A DNA stretch of 64,000 nt from Cyanophyceae cyanobacterium (GCA_050331735.1 JBHJGN010000007.1:1-64000); one strand, 5' to 3'. Positions 8,609-18,552 are shown, counted from the first letter of the stretch. Made by a program: numbers and translations. The notes: a model not told the origin generated them from the sequence alone.

Positions 8609-11600
8609 ATGTCTACGTTGCACGGTAGTTGGTTTCATTCAGATAGCTATTTTTTGGTGTGGGGAGAAACTTGGCGTTCGATGACGGCGGTAGATTCTGC
8701 TGAAAGGCACCCTTTCTGCCTTAGCCAGCAAGAATTGTTGGCGTTCTGGTCCGACTACAATCTCAAGCCTGACAGTGAAGAGGTGCCACTCAAGGACAAA
8801 TGGCAGTCAGCCGTGATTACTGTCCCTAGCGCTCAATCCGAGCATAATCAAACGCTCCTTCCGATTCTCTCTAGGTCTTCACAGTCATCCGCTACACTAC
8901 AGTCGTGGCAGGTGGAGGGACTCCGGCTTACTCCTTTGGAAACAATCAGGTTTCTCAGCGCACTGCCGCTAGGAATTCAGGCGAGCGGCTATGTTGGTGC
9001 TGATTTGCGCTTTTGGTCGTATATTTACCGCTGGAGCTTAGATCTGCTAGCTAGAGGTAAATTTTTGCCTGGAATTCACCAAAACGGCAGCATACAAAGC
9101 CGCTGGCAACCTCTTATAGACAGCATTACCGATCAGGCCCGCCTAGCAAAATTTATTCAGCAGATGCCAAGGGCTTGTTGTGCCTATCAGCAGTCGGAAA
9201 CACCGTCCCTAGGAAACTTGGCCGCTCCACAAAAGCAATTGCTAGACTTTTTGAACCATATTCTGGATGCCCAGCTACGAGATTGGCTGGAGTCGAGTCC
9301 ACCCCCACCAAGGGCAACCGCCGTTGAGCAGTGGGTTCATTCCCTCACGTCAGCGTCGGCAGCCGTGTCTCTAGAAACCAAGGAAGCGAAGCGGCTAGAA
9401 ACGGCCATGCAAAATTGGACGCTGCCCGTTCAGGATTACCTCATTAGTGCGGATAATCGACAAGGGCAAAATCTATTTCGTGTGTGTTTGACTCTAGTTC
9501 CGCCCACTCCAGGAGAAACCAACTGGGGCTATACAGACTGGAAGTTGAAGTATGCTCTTCAAGCCCTCGATGACTCAGAGCTGCTTGTTGATGCAACCAC
9601 GATTTGGCAGCACCCAGTGTCAGAGTTCGTGTTTGCGGGTCGCACAATTCAGCAGCCTCAAGAAACGCTGCTCAAAGGGCTGGGCTTAGCCTCTCGCCTC
9701 TACGCTCCGATTGCCGAGAGTCTGCAAGAGCCACTGCCTTCCCAGTGCCAAATCAATCCGATTCAGGTTTACGAATTTATTCGCAGCAGCGCATGGCAGC
9801 TCCAGGATAACGGGCTTGGAGTGATCTTACCGCCTGGCTTAGCCTCCGGGGCTGGTGAAAAGCGACTTGGCGTGAAAATTACCGCTCAAGTTAACCCAAA
9901 AGAACGCTTAGGGCTGAAAAATTTACTGCAATACAGCTTAGAGTTAGCCGTTGGCGAGCAAACGATTTCTCAACCAGAATTTGAACGCTTGCTCGAGCAA
10001 AAGTCTCCGCTTGTAGAAATCAACGGCGAATGGATTGCCCTTCAGCCAGCGGATGTCCGCGCTGCCCAAGAGGTGTTGGCGCAATCGAATCAGATGTCGC
10101 TGTCAGTCGAAGATGCGCTGCGGTTGAGTACGGGGGATACCAAAGTGATCGCCAAGCTTCCGGTGGCTAGCTTTGAAGCGTCTGGAGTGCTGCAAGAGCT
10201 GATCGACAACCTGACCAACAATCAGGCGATCGCCCCTCTAGAGCCACCGGGCTTTCGCGGCGAGCTACGTCCTTACCAGGCGCGGGGAGTGGGCTGGCTG
10301 GCTTTCCTAGAACGCTGGGGATTAGGAGCCTGCTTAGCCGACGATATGGGGTTGGGAAAAACGCCTCAGCTAATTGCGTTTCTGCTGCACCTAAAAGCAG
10401 AAGCAGAAGCCGCTCTCAATCGGCCAACACTCGTCGTTTGCCCCACTTCTGTACTGAACAACTGGGAACGGGAAGTGCAAAAGTTTGCTCCCACGCTCAA
10501 AACCCGGCTTCATCACGGAGACAAACGCAGTAAAGGGAAAACGTTTGCAAGAGAAGTCAAAGATCGAGATGTCGTTATTACCAGCTACGCTATTGCTTAT
10601 CGAGATGAAAAGACGCTCTCCGGGGTAGACTGGCGAGGCATCGTCCTCGATGAAGCTCAAAACATCAAAAATCCCCAGGCGAAGCAGTCTCAGGCCGTGC
10701 GCCAGCTTGGGGCCGAGTTTCGCATTGCTCTGACGGGAACTCCTGTGGAAAACCGGCTCTCAGAACTGTGGTCAATTTTGGACTTTCTCAATCCGGGCTA
10801 TTTGGGAACGCAGCAGTTTTTCCAGCGTCGCTTTGCGATTCCCATTGAAAAGTACGGCGATCGCGATTCGTTAGCTACGCTGCGATCACTCGCGCGTCCG
10901 TTTATTCTGCGGCGACTGAAAACAGACAAAGACATCATTCAGGATCTGCCAGAAAAGCAGGAAATGCGCGTGTTCTGCGGTCTTTCTACCGAACAGGCTC
11001 AGCTCTACCAAACCCTGGTGGACAAATCTTTGGCAGAGATTGAAGCCACAGATGGCATTCAAAGACGGGGCTTAATCCTTACCTTGTTGATGAAGCTCAA
11101 GCAGGTCTGCAATCATCCCGCTCAATTCCTCAAGCAAAAACAGATTACCTCCAGCGATCGCTCGGGTAAGCTTCTGCGCTTAGAAGAAATGCTGGCGGAA
11201 ATTATCGAAGAAGGGGATGCCTCGGTTACTGCCGATGCCAGCAGAGCGCTCATTTTTACGCAGTTTTCAGAATGGGGCAAACTACTCCAACCCTACCTAG
11301 AAAAACAACTGGGGCGGGAAGTGCTCTTTCTGTATGGCGCAACTCGCCGCCAGCAGCGACAGGAAATGATCGACCGCTTTCAGCACGACCCCAACGGTCC
11401 TCGCGTGTTTATTCTATCCCTCAAAGCGGGCGGCACCGGGCTGAACCTCACTCGCGCGAACCACGTCTTCCACATCGATCGCTGGTGGAATCCCGCCGTT
11501 GAAGATCAGGCTACCGACCGGGCATTTCGCATTGGCCAAAAGCGTAACGTGCAGGTGCATAAGTTTATCTGTACCGGAACTTTAGAAGAGCGGATCGATA

Positions 11601-11740
11601 ACACCATCGAAAGTAAAAAACAGCTAGCAGAACTGACGGTAGATACCGGAGAACAGTGGTTAACCGAACTCGATACTAATCAACTCCGCGAGCTGCTGTT
11701 GCTAGAGCGCGATGCCATTATGGATGAAGAAAGTAGCTAG
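8609..11740 (+). CDS. SNF2-family helicase/ATPase
   Basis: LADDMGLGKT, LDEAQNIKN, ALTGTPVEN, LSLKAGGTGLNL, DRWWNPAVEDQATDRAFRIGQ. Confidence 0.95.
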   Translation: MSTLHGSWFHSDSYFLVWGETWRSMTAVDSAERHPFCLSQQELLAFWSDYNLKPDSEEVPLKDKWQSAVITVPSAQSEHNQTLLPILSRSSQSSATLQSWQVEGLRLTPLETIRFLSALPLGIQASGYVGADLRFWSYIYRWSLDLLARGKFLPGIHQNGSIQSRWQPLIDSITDQARLAKFIQQMPRACCAYQQSETPSLGNLAAPQKQLLDFLNHILDAQLRDWLESSPPPPRATAVEQWVHSLTSASAAVSLETKEAKRLETAMQNWTLPVQDYLISADNRQGQNLFRVCLTLVPPTPGETNWGYTDWKLKYALQALDDSELLVDATTIWQHPVSEFVFAGRTIQQPQETLLKGLGLASRLYAPIAESLQEPLPSQCQINPIQVYEFIRSSAWQLQDNGLGVILPPGLASGAGEKRLGVKITAQVNPKERLGLKNLLQYSLELAVGEQTISQPEFERLLEQKSPLVEINGEWIALQPADVRAAQEVLAQSNQMSLSVEDALRLSTGDTKVIAKLPVASFEASGVLQELIDNLTNNQAIAPLEPPGFRGELRPYQARGVGWLAFLERWGLGACLADDMGLGKTPQLIAFLLHLKAEAEAALNRPTLVVCPTSVLNNWEREVQKFAPTLKTRLHHGDKRSKGKTFAREVKDRDVVITSYAIAYRDEKTLSGVDWRGIVLDEAQNIKNPQAKQSQAVRQLGAEFRIALTGTPVENRLSELWSILDFLNPGYLGTQQFFQRRFAIPIEKYGDRDSLATLRSLARPFILRRLKTDKDIIQDLPEKQEMRVFCGLSTEQAQLYQTLVDKSLAEIEATDGIQRRGLILTLLMKLKQVCNHPAQFLKQKQITSSDRSGKLLRLEEMLAEIIEEGDASVTADASRALIFTQFSEWGKLLQPYLEKQLGREVLFLYGATRRQQRQEMIDRFQHDPNGPRVFILSLKAGGTGLNLTRANHVFHIDRWWNPAVEDQATDRAFRIGQKRNVQVHKFICTGTLEERIDNTIESKKQLAELTVDTGEQWLTELDTNQLRELLLLERDAIMDEESS

Positions 11741-11804
11741 ACAAAACCGAAAGACTGCGACGAAGTAAGTTTCTTGAAATTCATTCGCTCTCAGCCAGTT
11801 TGAT

Positions 11805-12824
11805 ATGATGAGGAAAATCACCTCAATCTGCTCGATGCTTGCTGCTGACACGTTAAGCCAACTCTCGCCGCCGTCTGAACTAGTGACTGCCGAGCATCTG
11901 CTAGCGGCCTTTGCCGATTTCCTCAGCATTGACGTTGGCGCGGGCGACGCAGCCTCGGATACTCTACGGACTTACCGCCGTCAGCTTCAGCAGTATCTTC
12001 ACTGGTGCGATCGCCACCAAATTAATCCGGCACAGTCTACCAAAGACGACATCAAACGCTACCGTCGCTGGATGGTGAGCACTAAACAGTTCAAACCCGC
12101 GACTGTTGCCCTCAAGCTTGCCGTTGTCCGGCGTTTCTATCAAGCTGCCGTAGAGCGGGGATTGCTGGCTGTTAATCCGGCGGCTGGCGTGAAGCCGCCC
12201 CGCGAGAAACAGGATCCGGCGGTGAGAATTACCTACTTAGAAACGACTGAAGTGGCACAACTTCTCGCCGCCGTTCCCGATGATGGTTCCGTTAAAGCAG
12301 CCCGTGATCGCGCCCTGCTGGCCATTATGTCTCTAGAGGGTCCGCGCACCGTTGAGCTACAGCGAGCTAACGTTGGCGATGTGGTTCGGCAGGGCCATAA
12401 CTGGGGAGTGCGGGTAGAAGGAAAGCGCAGTATTAGAACAGTACCGTTAACCCTAGAACTCGCTGACTATCTGCTCACTTATCTGGAAATTCGCGAAGAA
12501 CAGGGAGAATCCCTTCATCCCTCCACCCCTTTGTTTACAGCAGTTGGCAACCGCGCTGGAGGTCAGCGAATTTCCCGGCGCGGCATTCGCCTGATTGTAG
12601 ATCGGTATCTTCATCAAACTGCCCTCAAGCATACCCAGGGAAGAACCATCTCCGCCCACAGCCTCAGACATACGGCGGGAACCCTAGCGCTACGGGCTGG
12701 AGCAGAACTGCGCCAGGTGCAGGATTTACTAGGACATGCTGACCCGAGGACAACCTGTATCTATGCTCACGTTGGCGATCGCTGGAAAAACAATCCGGCA
12801 CTGCGACTAGATATTAAACTTTAG
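11805..12824 (+). CDS. Tyrosine recombinase/integrase (XerC/D-like); start may be 11835
   Basis: N-terminal core-binding region; catalytic residues R (GPRTVE), K (GKR), HSLRH, LGH and Y (TCIY) all present. Confidence 0.92.
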   Translation: MMRKITSICSMLAADTLSQLSPPSELVTAEHLLAAFADFLSIDVGAGDAASDTLRTYRRQLQQYLHWCDRHQINPAQSTKDDIKRYRRWMVSTKQFKPATVALKLAVVRRFYQAAVERGLLAVNPAAGVKPPREKQDPAVRITYLETTEVAQLLAAVPDDGSVKAARDRALLAIMSLEGPRTVELQRANVGDVVRQGHNWGVRVEGKRSIRTVPLTLELADYLLTYLEIREEQGESLHPSTPLFTAVGNRAGGQRISRRGIRLIVDRYLHQTALKHTQGRTISAHSLRHTAGTLALRAGAELRQVQDLLGHADPRTTCIYAHVGDRWKNNPALRLDIKL

Positions 12825-13605
12825 CTTGAGGTCGAAACAGGTGTGAGTGTCCTGGATGGTAAAGCCGAGAACGAGCTGACCCAGAATTTAAAGCCGGACT
12901 GATAATATAGAGAGTTGTCCTAATTAAATCGTTCTTTTGAGTAACTGCTGCCATTTTGTCAAGGCTTTCTACCAAAATTTTTTCATCCGGCCAGCCAACT
13001 CGGAAGCATATAGCCACTGGAGTATCAGCCGGATAGTGCTGGAGCAATTTTCTTTGAGCCTCTTCTACGTGACGCGCAGCGAGATATAAACATAGGCTAG
13101 CTTTGTGGGCTGCTAGAGAAGCCAGTTCTTCCGACTCCGGGACAGAGGAAGCCCGTCCGCTGATGCGCGTGAGGATAATCGTCTGGACCAAATTAGGAAC
13201 GGTCAATTCTGCCTCTAGCTTGGCCGCTGCTGCTTGAAAGGCACTGATCCCTGGAATGAGTTCAAAGGGAACTGCCGCCTCAGAGAGTGCCTGCATTTGC
13301 TCGTGAATGGCGCTGTAGAGCGTTAAATCTCCCGAATGCAGCCGCACTACCGCATGGTTAGCCCTCACGCGCTCAATCATCAGCGGCACGATTTCTTCTA
13401 ACGTTTTGCTCCCGGTACGGACTAATTCGGCATTAGCACGAACATTCTGCAACATCTGTGGCGGAACGAGGGAGTCAGCATAGACGATGACATCGGCTTG
13501 AGCCAGAATTTTATGGGCTTTAACGGTGAGTAAATCTGGATCGCCAGGACCAGCACCAATAATATAAACGGCAGGTTTAAGAGTATTCGCTTGATTCTGA
13601 GTCAT
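12814..13605 (-). CDS. cobM: Precorrin-4 C11-methyltransferase
   Basis: IIGAGPGDPDLLTVK, VYADSLV, RLHSGD, ELTVPNLVQTIILTR, SRLYHP. Confidence 0.95.
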   Translation of the reverse strand: MTQNQANTLKPAVYIIGAGPGDPDLLTVKAHKILAQADVIVYADSLVPPQMLQNVRANAELVRTGSKTLEEIVPLMIERVRANHAVVRLHSGDLTLYSAIHEQMQALSEAAVPFELIPGISAFQAAAAKLEAELTVPNLVQTIILTRISGRASSVPESEELASLAAHKASLCLYLAARHVEEAQRKLLQHYPADTPVAICFRVGWPDEKILVESLDKMAAVTQKNDLIRTTLYIISPALNSGSARSRLYHPGHSHLFRPQAKV

Positions 13606-13719
13606 GCAAGTTGACGCTAATTTGATTTTGGTACTATTTATCAACACTAGCGTCTGGATTTAGCAGTTGTTGCCGAGCGGTCGCCCGCTATATCTCTAAC
13701 TACTGGGGAATTGAGCGAG

Positions 13720-14604
13720 TTACGCTTTTCTATACATTAGAGGCGTTGGCTCTAGTAATACACTATTGTCAGCGCTTGTTCCTTCATGGCTACAGGCATT
13801 AGTTCTCGGATTTCCACTCGAAGTCCCTGGAAAATGCTCAATTTGAGCATAGCCACTAAAAATCAGCTTTTTGCCTTCAGTTTTTAAGTCATTAAGCCGA
13901 AGCTTAACTCCATCAAGATTGAAACGATCTAAGTCAACCATGGTATCAAGCAGTTGAACCAACGATACTGTTAGATCGTGGGAAACTGCCTGAATAGACT
14001 CGGGCACTAAATCTAGCTCGAAGTGAGGATGTTGGAACGAAAGACGACGGCGTTTCTCAACAACCAAAGTTGCCCTCAGAAAAACTGGCACCGTACCGTA
14101 GTTAGGTAAGTTTGCTTTGGCAAAGAGCCGAATCTGATTATGAGGCAGTAACTCAACCTTTACTCCGGTAAAGGAAACAGTTCCTCCAGGAAGGTCGCCT
14201 AATCCTGGTATAGAAATATTTTGTAAGCGCTTTGCGACCAGCAAAGATTTGAAAGCATAATTAATGCCTGCTTCAGATAGAATCACCTGAGCAATTGCTT
14301 GGGTAGGTTGTTTGAGGCTAATCTGACCGTTGAGAGCAGAGCGAAAGTCAATCGACACTACGTCTGTCTCAAACAACATTTCCTCAATCTGAAAATCTTT
14401 GCGAATTGTTAGATTTCGACCGCTCATGGTCAAACCGTCAATGCTGCCTTGCCAAATACTAGTAGGAGAACAGCGAACAAAAGCCTCTACTGATTCACTG
14501 CGCGTAAATAATTGCCGAATTGATTGACTAACAACAGTATTAAGCGCACGCTCTCCTAGGTCTTCGCCAAATAAGGCTTGTGAACTGTGAAGAAAATTGA
14601 ACAT
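13720..14604 (-). CDS. DUF2993 (LmeA-like) protein
   Basis: QPTQAIAQVILSEAGIN and DLDRFNLDG motifs typical of the cyanobacterial family. Confidence 0.75.
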   Translation of the reverse strand: MFNFLHSSQALFGEDLGERALNTVVSQSIRQLFTRSESVEAFVRCSPTSIWQGSIDGLTMSGRNLTIRKDFQIEEMLFETDVVSIDFRSALNGQISLKQPTQAIAQVILSEAGINYAFKSLLVAKRLQNISIPGLGDLPGGTVSFTGVKVELLPHNQIRLFAKANLPNYGTVPVFLRATLVVEKRRRLSFQHPHFELDLVPESIQAVSHDLTVSLVQLLDTMVDLDRFNLDGVKLRLNDLKTEGKKLIFSGYAQIEHFPGTSSGNPRTNACSHEGTSADNSVLLEPTPLMYRKA

Positions 14605-14933
14605 GACCTTCTGGCTCCCGAATTATATTAGCTTTACAAATTGCTTTTGCTAGTTTTCATCGTACAGGCTTATCTTTGCAGCTTGCAAATAAAATTTACG
14701 AATACAAAAGTTTCAAAATTGCAATAACTGGCAACTTCTCATTTCGCCGTGCTAGCACTTAGTGCTCATATTTGGGGGAGAAAGGAGCAAAAGCACAATA
14801 GCTTCTAGCCACTAGAAACCGTAACGGTTAAGATTACCTAATCGATGATAACAAATTTTTATAAAAATACCACCTTAGTATTTGCCAGTCTTATGCTAGG
14901 TTGTGTTTAGTTAAGCACAACTTCAATTGCGTC

Positions 14934-15296
14934 ATGTATAGCACTAATACTGGTAAATTCAATAACACCAATCCATTGACAGTTAATACTCGCTACGCTC
15001 AAAGCTCTGGAGGCGGCTTGAAGCCAGCTCAAATTTTGCCGAGTTTACTGCAACCTCTGCGTCAATGGCTTGCTAGCCTAGAAATTAACCACCGTCAACT
15101 GGCGGTTGGAATCGCTAAATTAATTCCGGCGCAGTGTCCATTTGAAAGGGAGATTACGCTGTTTGGCCGCAAAATTGCCTATATTCCTCCTTTATGTAAG
15201 CTCAATCCTTTCTATGAGGAATTTGTAAGTTTAAGATTTCGTGCCCTCTGCTACCTGTCCGACGAATGCGGGGAAGATATTCGCTCTTACTGTTAG
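14934..15296 (+). CDS. Mo-dependent nitrogenase C-terminal domain protein (second copy)
   Basis: LIPAQCPFER...IPPLCKLNPFY...LRFRALCYLSDECGEDI; ATG at 14934. Confidence 0.9.
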   Translation: MYSTNTGKFNNTNPLTVNTRYAQSSGGGLKPAQILPSLLQPLRQWLASLEINHRQLAVGIAKLIPAQCPFEREITLFGRKIAYIPPLCKLNPFYEEFVSLRFRALCYLSDECGEDIRSYC

Positions 15297-15344
15297 ATTG
15301 TTAACTCCTACGCCAGATTGAAAATTTGGTGTAAAAGTACACTG

Positions 15345-16550
15345 CTATTTCTGATCCAGTTGCTGCGCTTGCTCAATGGCTGCTTTTTCCCTCGCTCTTT
15401 GAGCATAAGGCTGTAGTGCCTCCACAGGGATACCGCTCAAAATCCTCAAGTTTTCTAAGTCGATGCCCTTCATCAACATCTCCACGCACCACGTCTGTCT
15501 GGCCTGCTCAATTGCCGGAGGTTGACCTTCAGGAGTCAGTAAACCTGCTGTTAGTTCCTGCCAAACTGCCTGTAGCTGCTCCTCAGACATAGCTCCTTGC
15601 TCATTGACAAATATCGCGTTCTGAGAGTCTTTGCGGCTTTTCAGCCACCGCGTCAGCGGATTGCTGGTGGCAGAACTATAGCGCTTTCCTCCAATCCATT
15701 GGTTAAGCGGGACTTGTCGAACCGTATCGTTGTTAATTTGCAAGACGTACTGTTCGGACTCCTTCACCAGGTGCGATCGCTTTAAGTCAACAATCTCCCT
15801 CGGTAGTAAACCGACTCCAAACAGCACATAGGCTAAAGCATACTCCTGCCTGCCGAGTTTTTTAGCGCGTTGGAGAATTGAATGCACCAAACTAGCGGGG
15901 AGATCGGTAATGGGAACCGAATCTCTTGTTGTTGGCAGTGCTGCCTGTGGCGGTAAGATAGCTCCCTGCAAAAATAACTCTACCAAACCGGCTAAAAAGT
16001 CTTCTCTTGTCTTCCACAGAGGATCTCCTTCGCTCGTTGATTTGATGATGAAGTATCCCAGCACCAAACTGTTGATTAAACTGGCTAACTTCTCCGGGGG
16101 AAACCGACTTTGCCCGCCTTCTTCGGCGATCGCCCTCGCTAAATATTGAGCCACATAGCTATTCGCCTGAGTTAAGCCTTGCCCGAGTGCTAATCGATTT
16201 TCTACCGGATACTGTCCCGCCTCCCCTACTACCGAACGAACTAAGTTGGGAACTCGCTCTAGTGCCTGTAAGCTTTCTTCGGCATAGTCTTGTAACGCCT
16301 GGGAAACGCTTCTTGACTCCGATCTCCGGTTAACAATTCCTTTCCCAATCTGAGCAAACACTGCCGAATCCTCCATGACCGCTAGCAGTAATCCATGTTT
16401 ACTGCCAAAGTGCCGAAATAGAGTGACTTCATTAACCTGAGCGGCTTCAGCAACCTCTTTTGTTGTTGTTTCTGTGACTCCTTTTTGAGCAAACAAATGA
16501 AGCGCCGCTTCGAGCAAACGGTCTCTTGCGGACTGACGAGAAACCGACAT
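15345..16550 (-). CDS. TetR/AcrR regulator fused to a degenerate tyrosine-recombinase-like C-terminal domain
   Basis: TetR HTH (RLLEAALHLF...TTTKEVAEAAQVNEVTLFRHFGSK); C-terminal VLFGVGLLPREIVDL, RQVPL, QARQTW...GIDLENLRILSG...QPY. Confidence 0.85.
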   Translation of the reverse strand: MSVSRQSARDRLLEAALHLFAQKGVTETTTKEVAEAAQVNEVTLFRHFGSKHGLLLAVMEDSAVFAQIGKGIVNRRSESRSVSQALQDYAEESLQALERVPNLVRSVVGEAGQYPVENRLALGQGLTQANSYVAQYLARAIAEEGGQSRFPPEKLASLINSLVLGYFIIKSTSEGDPLWKTREDFLAGLVELFLQGAILPPQAALPTTRDSVPITDLPASLVHSILQRAKKLGRQEYALAYVLFGVGLLPREIVDLKRSHLVKESEQYVLQINNDTVRQVPLNQWIGGKRYSSATSNPLTRWLKSRKDSQNAIFVNEQGAMSEEQLQAVWQELTAGLLTPEGQPPAIEQARQTWCVEMLMKGIDLENLRILSGIPVEALQPYAQRAREKAAIEQAQQLDQK

Positions 16551-16558
16551 AGACTTTT

Positions 16559-16624
16559 AATGTAAGTATTGCTTGCATTTTAATCACGGACTTGCTAAAG
16601 TGACAAATGTAAGCGGCACTTGCA
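16559..16624. promoter_or_regulatory. Two palindromic operator-like sites AATGTAAG-N5-CTTGCA
   Basis: AATGTAAGtattgCTTGCATT at 16559-16579 and AATGTAAGcggcaCTTGCA at 16606-16624, in the divergent tetR/desaturase intergenic region. Confidence 0.7.
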
Positions 16625-16734
16625 ACTACGGCGATGAGCTATTAACACCAGTGAATCTAGCAGACTAAGGTGTGCGCTACCCGGATAGTACGCTAGACGG
16701 GTTCAAACCAATAAATTACAAGGATACTACATTA

Positions 16735-17577
16735 ATGACACAGCAGTTAGCTGTTGCCCATAGAGAGGAAGAGCAACCGACGCTCTCCTGGGCAAGGGTG
16801 GCAATATTTGCCGTAATTCACGCCTTAGCACTGTTAGCCCCCTGGTTTTTTTCCTGGTCAGCTTTGGGCATTACCATCTTTCTTCACTGGCTGTTTGGCA
16901 GTATTGGCATCTGTATGGGGTATCATCGTCTGCTCACCCATCGCAGTTTTCAGGTGCCGCAATGGCTGGAATACGCGATCACTACCATTGGAGCGCTAGC
17001 GCTTCAGGCAGGACCAATCTTTTGGGTTGCCTCCCATCGCCTGCACCATGCCTATACCGAAGATGAAGAGAAAGATCCCTATTCGGCCAAACGAGGGTTT
17101 TGGTGGAGCCATATGTTGTGGTTGCTCTATCCACGCAAGCCATTTTTCCACTACGAATCCTATAAACAGTTTGCCCCAGATTTAGCTCGCGACCCTTACT
17201 ATCGCTGGCTAGACCATTACTTTTTAATTCCTCAGATTCTATTGGGTATTCTGTTGCTCTGTCTTGGGGGCTGGTCCTTCGTCATCTACGGCATCTTTGT
17301 CCGAGCCGTCCTGCTGTGGCACAGCACTTGGCTAATTAATTCTGCCACTCATCTGCGCGGCTACCGCAATTTTGCTGTCGAAGATGGCTCTCGTAACCTG
17401 TGGTGGGCGGCCCTCCTCACCTACGGAGAAGGCTGGCACAACAATCACCACGCTCATCCTCGCGTTGCCCCCGCCGGACAGCGCTGGTGGGAAATTGATA
17501 TGACCTGGTGGGCCATCCGAGCCCTTCAAACCCTCGGATTAGCGCAAAAAGTCGTGATGCCGTCGCCAGAAAAGTAA
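16735..17577 (+). CDS. desC: Delta-9 type membrane fatty acid (acyl-lipid) desaturase, DesC-like
   Basis: His boxes HRLLTH, HRLHH and GEGWHNNHH, plus WLINSATH. Which paralog cannot be determined. Confidence 0.88.
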   Translation: MTQQLAVAHREEEQPTLSWARVAIFAVIHALALLAPWFFSWSALGITIFLHWLFGSIGICMGYHRLLTHRSFQVPQWLEYAITTIGALALQAGPIFWVASHRLHHAYTEDEEKDPYSAKRGFWWSHMLWLLYPRKPFFHYESYKQFAPDLARDPYYRWLDHYFLIPQILLGILLLCLGGWSFVIYGIFVRAVLLWHSTWLINSATHLRGYRNFAVEDGSRNLWWAALLTYGEGWHNNHHAHPRVAPAGQRWWEIDMTWWAIRALQTLGLAQKVVMPSPEK

Positions 17578-17673
17578 GTTAGATAAGTTAGAGACGTTGC
17601 AGAAGGGATGAGCACAATTAAACCTTCTGCCAAAGTCAATAGGCAAGCAAAAATAATAGCGCTAGAAATAAAT

Positions 17674-18552
17674 CTAGCCCCTTTCCCCCTTCCCCTTTTC
17701 CCTTTCCCCTGACTTCTGCAAGAAGGCTATTGAAACACTATCGGGTAAAGCGCGATTGAACCTATAGAGCCATAGCAGTCCCAATACTCCAGTGAGGATA
17801 GCGACCAAACTAATGACTTGGGCCATGCGAAGAGAACCTAACATGAGGCTATCGGTGCGAAAGCCTTCGATCCAGATCCGACCACTGCTGTAGGCAATTA
17901 GGTAAACAAGTGCTAGAGTACCGACTTTGAGGCGCTCCTGATGCCGCAGTCCCCAGCGAAAGAGCAGCATCAACAAGATAAATACGAGTAGATCCCACAG
18001 AGATTCGTAAAGAAAGGTGGGATGAAAGTAGTCGCTATTGAGATACTCCAGCGGACGACGACTCGGAGGAATAAACAGTTTCCAGGGTAAATCGGTGGGC
18101 GTACCAAAGGCTTCGGAATTAAAGAAGTTGCCCCAGCGTCCAATTGCCTGTCCTAGAGCTAAAGAAGGAACCACGCAATCGGCTAACTGCCAAAAAGAAA
18201 TTTGACTGAGGCGAGCAAATATGAGCATAGCCAAAGCGCCGCCCAAAATAGCGCCATGAATGGCAATACCGCCTTTCCAAATAGCGATGATTTCCCCCGG
18301 ACGCTGGGCGTATTCTGGCCACTGAAACAGGACGTAGTAAAGTCTGGCCCCGACAAGAGCGGCCATTACTGCCCAAATCGCTAAATCGGCGATCGCCTCA
18401 GGATCGACTAAGCGACGTTTAGCTAAATATTGAGCTAAGGACACGCCAATAAGGACGGCGGAGGCAATCAAAAAACCATACCAGCGAATAGAAATAAACT
18501 TCCATTCAAACAAGATGGGGCCGGGAGACTGGAATTGAAGGGCGAGTAGCAT
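17674..18552 (-). CDS. lgt: Prolipoprotein diacylglyceryl transferase
   Basis: [36 protein letters not shown]. The C-terminal tail is encoded by heptamer repeats. Confidence 0.97.
   Translation of the reverse strand: MLLALQFQSPGPILFEWKFISIRWYGFLIASAVLIGVSLAQYLAKRRLVDPEAIADLAIWAVMAALVGARLYYVLFQWPEYAQRPGEIIAIWKGGIAIHGAILGGALAMLIFARLSQISFWQLADCVVPSLALGQAIGRWGNFFNSEAFGTPTDLPWKLFIPPSRRPLEYLNSDYFHPTFLYESLWDLLVFILLMLLFRWGLRHQERLKVGTLALVYLIAYSSGRIWIEGFRTDSLMLGSLRMAQVISLVAILTGVLGLLWLYRFNRALPDSVSIAFLQKSGEREKGKGERG

Noticed and set aside
5233..12824. XPB-like helicase, Uma2, SNF2 and integrase as a defence island
   Set aside because: Mixed orientations, an interleaved aldo/keto reductase, host-like composition and HIP1 content, and no methylase or effector nuclease operon. 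These look like ordinary cyanobacterial genes.
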